Shown here one piece after another: positions 57,811 through 64,000 of a stretch of DNA of 64,000 nucleotides; position 1 is the first letter of the stretch; the number at the start of each line of letters is the position of its first letter. A program made the position numbers and the translations under genes. The notes under the pieces were generated by a model. The model was given only the letters and a program-made list of their open reading frames with translations. It had not been told where the DNA came from and did not search any database. Origin of the DNA: Longimicrobiales bacterium (GTDB lineage Bacteria > Gemmatimonadota > Gemmatimonadetes > Longimicrobiales > Gaopeijiaceae); assembly GCA_963664435.2 (NCBI GenBank), contig CAXXKM010000003.1, forward strand, positions 800,001 to 864,000. Reading direction: 5' to 3'.

Positions 57811-59016
57811 TCAAGGGTCACCCCCTCCCGGAGCGGCGGCACCGCCCGCGCCCGCTGATGCAAGCACGGTGATCGTGGCCGTGCCGACGTAGTTCGCACC
57901 CGCCCGCGTCGCCTTGACCTGGATCGTTCCCGTTCCCCGCCCGGCGGCGGTGACCAGGCCGCTGTTGTCCACGGTCGCCACCGACGGGCTGACCGCGGAC
58001 CAGACATAGTCGGTGTCCTCGACCTCGTGTCCGTTCGCGTCGAGGGCGACGGCGCTCAGGCGCACGGTGTCGCCGACCACGAGGGTGTCGGCCGCCGGGG
58101 TCACGCGTACCTCCGTTGCAAGCTGCGCGACCGTCACGCCCGCGGAATCGCGCAGTTCGCCGATGGTCGCGAACACGTCCGTGCTGCCGGTGCGCACCGC
58201 GGTGACCAGCCCCGCCGAATCCACGGTCACGACGGCGGCGTTTTCGGACATCCAGGTGACGGCCAGGGCCGAGCCGGGGTGGCCGTTGGCGTCGACACCG
58301 GTGGCAACCAGCCGGATGGTATCGCCGAGCGAGAAGAGCGTCGTCGCGAACGGCATCACGTCCATCTCGACGATCACCTGCGAGACCGTGACCGCGGCGG
58401 CGCCGGTGGCTGCTCCCGCTTGAGCGCCGATGTTCGCGGTGCCGTTTCCGACCGCGGTGACCAGGCCGCTGTCGTCGACGGTCGCGACGGCGTCGTCCTC
58501 GGAGGACCAGGTGATGGTTGCGTCTTCGACGGCATTGTCGTTGGCGTCGAAGGGCGCAGCGGTGAGCTGCACGGAGTCGCCGAAGGACGAGATTTCCACG
58601 GACGCCGGCGAAACGTCCACGCGCGCCGCCCGCTGAGCGACGGTGACGGAGGCGGTCCCGGCCGCACTGCCGGATGTAGCCGTGACGGTGGCGGTCCCGT
58701 TCCGGGCGGCGGTGACCAGTCCCGCGGCGCTCACGGTCGCGACCGAATTGTCGCTGGTGGTCCAGCTGACGGGGGCCCCCGCCATCGCCTGGCCGCTCTG
58801 GTCGGCGACGGCCGCGGTCAACTGGAGCGTCTCGCCGAAGGACGAGAGATCCACGGACGCCGGCGAAATGTTGACGGTTGTGGCGACGGGAGGCTCCGGA
58901 GGCTCGGTCGGCGCCGCCTCGTCATCGCCACCACAGCCGACCATGAGCGTCAACGCCACGAAGGGCACCGCAACGATGTGGGCGGGTCCGGCCCGCCACG
59001 GCTCAGGTCTCCTCAT
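57811..59016 (-). CDS. Lipoprotein with four bacterial Ig-like group 2 domains
   Basis: Lipobox MVGC; four repeats of W-x-S..VATV..GLVTA..G.A.(I/V).A. Confidence 0.9.
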   Translation of the reverse strand: MRRPEPWRAGPAHIVAVPFVALTLMVGCGGDDEAAPTEPPEPPVATTVNISPASVDLSSFGETLQLTAAVADQSGQAMAGAPVSWTTSDNSVATVSAAGLVTAARNGTATVTATSGSAAGTASVTVAQRAARVDVSPASVEISSFGDSVQLTAAPFDANDNAVEDATITWSSEDDAVATVDDSGLVTAVGNGTANIGAQAGAATGAAAVTVSQVIVEMDVMPFATTLFSLGDTIRLVATGVDANGHPGSALAVTWMSENAAVVTVDSAGLVTAVRTGSTDVFATIGELRDSAGVTVAQLATEVRVTPAADTLVVGDTVRLSAVALDANGHEVEDTDYVWSAVSPSVATVDNSGLVTAAGRGTGTIQVKATRAGANYVGTATITVLASAGAGGAAAPGGGDP

Positions 59017-59124
59017 GGCCTTCTCCCCTGGTCACGAGTTGGCTTTGGGGTAACAGGTCACGCTCCATTAGCATAACCCCGCAAGTCGGCCCTGGTGCGG
59101 CTCCGGGTCCCGACGGGGCTCGAA

Positions 59125-59164
59125 GACGGCGAGGATCGTGGGACGGCGAGGATCGTGGGACGGC
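59125..59164. repeat. 17-bp tandem duplication
   Basis: GACGGCGAGGATCGTGG x2 plus partial GACGGC. Confidence 0.85.
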
Positions 59165-59191
59165 CGGCGCGATCGCGCGGCGCGGAATCGT

Positions 59192-60334
59192 TCACGGAGC
59201 ATCCAGAATCTCGAGCAGCCGCGAAAATCCGAGTATGGCGGAACGACTGCCGCTGGCGGGGGCGGCTTCCTCCAGCACCTCCGCGTCGCGCAGCTGCCAC
59301 AGCAGTCGGCGCGCCGTGCGCGGCGGGATATCGCCGGCGGACACGAAGTCGCTGACCCGGAAGACGGGGCACTCGAAGAGGCGGTCCAACGCCCGGGCCG
59401 GATGGTGGGCGCGGGCCCGGTTCGCCAGCACAGCCTCTACCTCCGTCCGCAAAGCCAGGATCGCCTCGACGACCGTCACTCCCTCCCGCGCCTGGTTCCG
59501 CATCGCGTCGAGCGCATACAGGCACCACCCCGTCCAGTCGTCGTCGCGGGAGACGCCGAGGAGCCCATCGTAGTAGAAGCTGCGGCGGGCGGCGATGCGG
59601 GCGCTCAGCCCGAAGACCGGGGCGCGGATGAGGCCGTATTGGTGCATGAGAACGGGGATCAGCATGCGCCCCATCCGCCCGTTGCCATCCAGGAAAGGGT
59701 GGATCGCCTCGAACCGGGCGTGCTGGACGGCGATCTGGACGAGCCTGTCGCGGGCGTCGGCGTGGATGTAGCGCTCCCACGCGCTCATCGCGTCCTGGAC
59801 CTGGTTTGCCGGTGCCGGGACGAAGGTGGCGGTCTCGGGAGTCGAACCTGGTGCGCCGATCCAGACGGGCGCGCGTCGGAACGCGCCGGGGGATTTGCTC
59901 CAGCCCCGGGGACCCGTGAGGAGAAGGGAATGCGCCTTGCGGATGATGCGCGGCGAGAGCGGCAGCTCGTCGAGCATCTTCCTCATCCGCCGCTCGGCCG
60001 CAAGATGGCGAACGACCTCGTGGGCGTCGTCGCGCGCATACGGGTTCGTCGGCGGCAGTCCGGCGCGCATTTCGAGCACTTCGGTCACGCTCGTGAAGAT
60101 GTCCTCAATACGCGACGACCATACGGCCTCGCGGACGCGGAGCCCGGCCAGCAACGCGCGCGAATTCGGTACCCTGGCGAGCGCGCAGTCGTATCTGGCG
60201 ACGGCGGCCGCCGCCGGCCCGATCAGCGGTGCCAGGCGGCGCCAGTCGAGGCGGTCTTCGGGCGGGAAGCCTTCGCTCCGATAGTGGACCGGCGACAAGG
60301 GTTGGGTCCCTCCGGGTTGGTGGGCGTCGCCCAA
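59192..60334 (-). CDS. Fic family protein with N-terminal Fic/DOC domain
   Basis: Canonical HPFLDGNGRMGR; EAVWSSRIE; PGAFRR. Confidence 0.95.
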   Translation of the reverse strand: MGDAHQPGGTQPLSPVHYRSEGFPPEDRLDWRRLAPLIGPAAAAVARYDCALARVPNSRALLAGLRVREAVWSSRIEDIFTSVTEVLEMRAGLPPTNPYARDDAHEVVRHLAAERRMRKMLDELPLSPRIIRKAHSLLLTGPRGWSKSPGAFRRAPVWIGAPGSTPETATFVPAPANQVQDAMSAWERYIHADARDRLVQIAVQHARFEAIHPFLDGNGRMGRMLIPVLMHQYGLIRAPVFGLSARIAARRSFYYDGLLGVSRDDDWTGWCLYALDAMRNQAREGVTVVEAILALRTEVEAVLANRARAHHPARALDRLFECPVFRVSDFVSAGDIPPRTARRLLWQLRDAEVLEEAAPASGSRSAILGFSRLLEILDAP

Positions 60335-60472
60335 AGCGTGGGCCGGATGTCATTCCCTTGCCGAAACCTCTTTTGTTAGCCAAAAAACAGCAATAGTGGC
60401 GGACAAAAGAGGGGGCGAGGGGGAACCGATGCGCGGGCCATGGCTTTGAAGCCGTATGGAGGCTCCGTGAGC

Positions 60473-61264
60473 TCAGCGCGACCCCGAATGCTCCACCACA
60501 TACTCCCCTGCCAGCTCCAGACCGATCAGCGTCAAGAGCGGGTCGACGCGGTCGAAGGCGGGAACGTGCTTCGCGACCAGTGGAGAGAAGCCGCCGGTGC
60601 CCACTACCATGGGGTCGGGAACGTCCCACTCCGTTCGCACGCGCTCGATCATTCCTGCGATCGCGTCCATCGTGGTGAAGAAGATGCCTGAGTGGATGCA
60701 GGTTTCGGTTCGCTTGCCGATGACCTGCTGCGGGGGGATGAACTCGACGGGTGGAAGCTTGGCGGTCCGGGCTGCGAGCCACTCCTTGCCGGACATGAGC
60801 CCCGGGGCGATGACGCCGCCCTGGAAGCGGCCGTCGGCGGTGATGCAGTCGTAGGTTGTGGCGGTGCCCAGATCGACAACGATGCAGTCGCACCCGAAAA
60901 GTCGGGAGGCCGCCATGGTATTGGCGATGCGGTCGGCGCCCACCGTGCGCGGCTCCTCCACGTCGAGAACGATCGGCAGCGGCGTCGACGCGTCGATGAC
61001 CACGAACTCCGCGGAACCCAGCCGGGCCGCGGCTTCCCTCAGCACGTCGGAGGCGGAGGGGACCACCGAGCCCAGCACCACGCGTGTGAGGGCGTCGGGA
61101 TCGTGGCCGGCCGAGCGGAGCAGCGCGCCGAGCAGCAGCACATACTCGTCGGGAGTGCGCGGCACATGGGTGCTCACCCGCCAGCGGCCCGCGACCCTTT
61201 CCCGTCCGGGGGCGAAGAGGGCCAGAACGGTTTCGGTGTTGCCCACATCCAGTACCAGATGCAT
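60473..61264 (-). CDS. coaX: Type III pantothenate kinase
   Basis: LDVGNT, SVVP, VGADR, VDLGTATT, GGVIAPG, TGG, LTLIGL. Confidence 0.96.
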   Translation of the reverse strand: MHLVLDVGNTETVLALFAPGRERVAGRWRVSTHVPRTPDEYVLLLGALLRSAGHDPDALTRVVLGSVVPSASDVLREAAARLGSAEFVVIDASTPLPIVLDVEEPRTVGADRIANTMAASRLFGCDCIVVDLGTATTYDCITADGRFQGGVIAPGLMSGKEWLAARTAKLPPVEFIPPQQVIGKRTETCIHSGIFFTTMDAIAGMIERVRTEWDVPDPMVVGTGGFSPLVAKHVPAFDRVDPLLTLIGLELAGEYVVEHSGSR

Positions 61265-61310
61265 GTCGTGGTTCCTCGGGTGGTTTCTTCCTGGGCCGGT
61301 GATGTCGGTG

Positions 61311-62162
61311 TTAGGCCGTGGGCGAACGGACCGCTTCCCCGGGGCCGGGGGCCGGATGAGGTCGCGGACAGGGTAGCGGGGTGACGCTGCCTGAACGAAT
61401 CTCGCGCATTCCGCCTCCGGGTTCCTCGAACAGGAGCGCGCCTTCGGAGCTGATTCCGCGGGCCGTTCCGGCCTCGCCGCTCCCGAGCACGACGGCGCGG
61501 TCCATAAGGGCGTCGCGCCGGGTGAGTTCCCGGTGCAGTGAACCGTCCAGCCGGGCCGGTCCCGGGGCGAGCAGCTCCCGCATCCGGGCGAGCAGCACAC
61601 CGGCCAGGACAGGCCTCGACACGGAGGTTGCCCCCTTTGCGCGCAGGGATGCGGCGCGGCCGCGGAGTTCCGGCGGGAAGTCCGCCGCGCGTTGCGAGAT
61701 GTTGATGCCCGTTCCGATCGCCATGCCCCGGTTCCCGGCGCCGCTGTCCCAGGATTCGCACAGAATGCCGCCGACCTTGCGGCCGCCGACGACAAGATCG
61801 TTCGGCCACTCGATCTCCGCCCGCAAGTCCGGGCAGACGTCCTCGATGGCGCGGGCCGCCGCGATGCCGGTCAGGAGCGGGACCGTGGCATGCCTCGATG
61901 GGCGTCCGGCAAGCACCACGCTCATCCACAGCCCGGCACCGGGCGGGGACAGCCAGCGCCGCCCTTGCCTGCCCCGGCCGCGGGTCTGCTCGTCCGCGAT
62001 GACCACCGAGAAGGAGGGCGCGCCCGCACGGGCGATGCGGCGGGCGCGGTCGTTGGTGGAGCCGAGACGAGCGTGCACTTCCAGGTGCGGCACGCCCCAC
62101 CGCTTCGCCCAGCGGGAGACCGGTTCGCCCTCCCAGGCCGGACGGCGCCCTACCCGAGCCAC
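61311..62162 (-). CDS. birA: Biotin--[acetyl-CoA-carboxylase] ligase
   Basis: STND, QTRGRGRQGRRWLSP, EWPND, RKVGGILCE, GTGIN; start uncertain. Confidence 0.92.
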   Translation of the reverse strand: MARVGRRPAWEGEPVSRWAKRWGVPHLEVHARLGSTNDRARRIARAGAPSFSVVIADEQTRGRGRQGRRWLSPPGAGLWMSVVLAGRPSRHATVPLLTGIAAARAIEDVCPDLRAEIEWPNDLVVGGRKVGGILCESWDSGAGNRGMAIGTGINISQRAADFPPELRGRAASLRAKGATSVSRPVLAGVLLARMRELLAPGPARLDGSLHRELTRRDALMDRAVVLGSGEAGTARGISSEGALLFEEPGGGMREIRSGSVTPLPCPRPHPAPGPGEAVRSPTA

Positions 62163-62968
62163 AGGTACCCGAGGAACAGCAGCCCCAGAATCCACGGATA
62201 CGGGGCGAATCGGTGGAACGAGCGGGCGCGCAGTACGGTCAGGAAGATCCTGATCGCGAGCAGGCCGGTCGCCGCGGCCGCCACCGCTCCCAGTACGAGC
62301 GGCGTGGTGCCGAGGGCGGGTGCAGCCTCCCCGGCGTCCACGAGCTGGAGAAGGGTGGCTCCGAGTATGGCGGGCGCGGACGTCAGGAACGAGAACTCGG
62401 CCGCGTCGGCGGACTCGACGCGAAGCCAGAGCGCCGCCACCACAGTCGTACCCGAGCGCGAGATCCCGGGAAAGAGGGCAAGCGCCTGCGCGATCCCGAT
62501 GAGCATCACAACGCCCAGCCCGCGAACCCCCGGGAATGGCCCGGTCGCGTCAGGTTCCACCCGCGGCGCCCCCCGGCGCACCGCCGCGCGCGCGCTCCAG
62601 AGCACGCCCCCCGTCACGAGAAACGCCACGCCCGCCGCGGCCGGAGCCTCGAACGCCGCGTCCACGACATCGCCAAGGAGGAAATAGGCTGCCGCCGCCG
62701 GAACGTTGGCGAGCGCGATGAGCCCGAGGTAGCGCCAGGTCCCGGGATCAAGCCGGACCGATCCGCGCATCAGCGCGCCCACGCGCCTCCGGTATGCGAC
62801 CAGCACCGACACCAGCGTTGCGAAGTGCACCGCGACCTCGAATGCGACACCTGGAAGCTCGATCCCGAGCAAGGCCTGGCCGACGACCAGGTGTCCGGAG
62901 CTCGAGACGGGGAGGAATTCGGTAAACCCCTGGACCACACCCAGTACGAGGGCCTCCCAGGTGGTCAC
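62150..62968 (-). CDS. uppP: Undecaprenyl-diphosphate phosphatase
   Basis: QGFTEFLPVSSSGHL, PGISRSGTT, AEFSFL. Confidence 0.96.
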   Translation of the reverse strand: MTTWEALVLGVVQGFTEFLPVSSSGHLVVGQALLGIELPGVAFEVAVHFATLVSVLVAYRRRVGALMRGSVRLDPGTWRYLGLIALANVPAAAAYFLLGDVVDAAFEAPAAAGVAFLVTGGVLWSARAAVRRGAPRVEPDATGPFPGVRGLGVVMLIGIAQALALFPGISRSGTTVVAALWLRVESADAAEFSFLTSAPAILGATLLQLVDAGEAAPALGTTPLVLGAVAAAATGLLAIRIFLTVLRARSFHRFAPYPWILGLLFLGYLWLG

Positions 62969-63000
62969 GAGACCACCGGCTCCCCGACCCCGATCTTCAT
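62965..63000 (-). other. 11-codon mini-ORF MKIGVGEPVVS coupling miaA to uppP
   Basis: Its ATG overlaps the miaA TGA (ATGA); its TGA overlaps the uppP GTG (GTGA). Confidence 0.6.
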
Positions 63001-63995
63001 GCTTCCGCCCTCACCGTGTCCTGTAACCTCACCGGCTTCCGGTCCCGCGGCAGATCATCGCCGCCGCGCGCCCTCCAGGCCTCCAGTACCTGGGCGCACT
63101 GAGCCTCGGGCGGCTGCAGGCCACCGATCCTGACCGCGTCGGGGGGCAGCTGGTTGCGGAACCAGGTCAGCTGGCGGCGGGCGTAGCGCCGGGTCGCGCG
63201 CCGGGTCGCGTCCAGGGCATCCTCGAGGCTCATGCGCCCCTCCAGGTACCCGAGGACTTCCCGATAGCCGGTGCCGGTCATCCCGGGATCGTCCCCGCCA
63301 TGGCCGCACGCGGCGAGGACGCGAACCTCCTCGATCACTCCCCGCTCGGCCATGGTGCCCACCCGCGCGTTGATGCGGCGGTAGAGCTCGTCGCGCGGAA
63401 CTTCGAGCACCACGACCATCCCTTCCGCCGCCGGAGCATTTCCCTGCCCCGTCCGGTGCCACCACGACAGCGGACGGCCCGTGAGCAGAGTCACTTCGAG
63501 CGTGCGCTCGATGCGCTGTATCCCGCCCGCGACCGCGAGGCGGGCCCGTTCCGGATCCAGGACGCGCACCCAGCGCTCCAGCTCCTCGATCCCGCGCCGC
63601 GCCAGGAATCGGCGCAGGCGCTCCACCCGTCCGGGATCCAGCGCCGGTTCCTCGAACAGAGGTTCCATCAGCGCCTTCAGGAAAAAGCCCGTGCCGCCCG
63701 CCAGTACCGGCACACGGCCGCGCGCTCGAATCCCGTTCATCCAGCGGGCGGCGTCGCGAGCGAATTCGCCGGCGCTGTAGGATTCGTCCGGATCGCGGAT
63801 GTCGACGCCGTGATGCGGGATCCGGGCGCGGATGCCTGCGGCGACCTTGTCGGTGGCGATGTCCATGCCGCGGTAGATCTGGCGCGAGTCCATGGAGATG
63901 ACCTCGCCGTCCAGCGCCTCGGCCACCGCGAGCGAGAGCGTGGTCTTGCCCGTGGCGGTCGCGCCGGTGATGGCGAGGAAATCAGGTGCGGCCAA
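62997..63995 (-). CDS. miaA: tRNA dimethylallyltransferase
   Basis: GATATGKT, DSRQIYRGMDI, GGTGFF, GYRE, TRRYARRQLTWF; start near the window edge. Confidence 0.97.
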   Translation of the reverse strand: MAAPDFLAITGATATGKTTLSLAVAEALDGEVISMDSRQIYRGMDIATDKVAAGIRARIPHHGVDIRDPDESYSAGEFARDAARWMNGIRARGRVPVLAGGTGFFLKALMEPLFEEPALDPGRVERLRRFLARRGIEELERWVRVLDPERARLAVAGGIQRIERTLEVTLLTGRPLSWWHRTGQGNAPAAEGMVVVLEVPRDELYRRINARVGTMAERGVIEEVRVLAACGHGGDDPGMTGTGYREVLGYLEGRMSLEDALDATRRATRRYARRQLTWFRNQLPPDAVRIGGLQPPEAQCAQVLEAWRARGGDDLPRDRKPVRLQDTVRAEA

Positions 63996-64000
63996 AGCGG

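Noticed and set aside
58580..58875. DNA-level direct repeats in the Ig-like gene as a possible DGR template/variable pair
   Set aside because: Explained by tandem Ig-domain duplication; no reverse transcriptase in the window.

Overview
A 64 kb window of high-GC bacterial chromosome. Gene content suggests a Gemmatimonadota-like, possibly host-associated organism; this is inferred from SusC/SusD pairs outside a Bacteroidota context, plug-only lipoproteins, VPS10/BNR, NHL and Ig-like exported proteins, and DUF222-HNH and Fic genes. Core genes: cysD, cysNC, thrS, groES-groEL under a perfect CIRCE box, miaA-uppP-birA-coaX, fdhD-mobA, a cold-shock gene and a TetR-TolC-MFP-RND efflux operon, interspersed with many exported hydrolases. 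No rRNA, tRNA or CRISPR array was recognised. Main observations: (1) a ~2 kb DUF222-HNH segment sits between cysD and cysNC, flanked by a CTGAT direct repeat whose removal restores a TGATG stop/start overlap, as expected for a transposase-free HNH mobile element; (2) an NCS2 permease is fused to a degenerate RsbW/HATPase-like domain; (3) a double SusC/SusD locus contains two barrel-less plug lipoproteins, and one SusC is interrupted by a single in-frame TGA followed by a hairpin; (4) a degenerate Schlafen/AlbA-HATPase-HTH gene carries in its coding linker the same DNA motif found just upstream of it; (5) an 11-codon ORF couples miaA to uppP and looks like a deletion scar. All family assignments are from motif recognition by eye; no searches were run.
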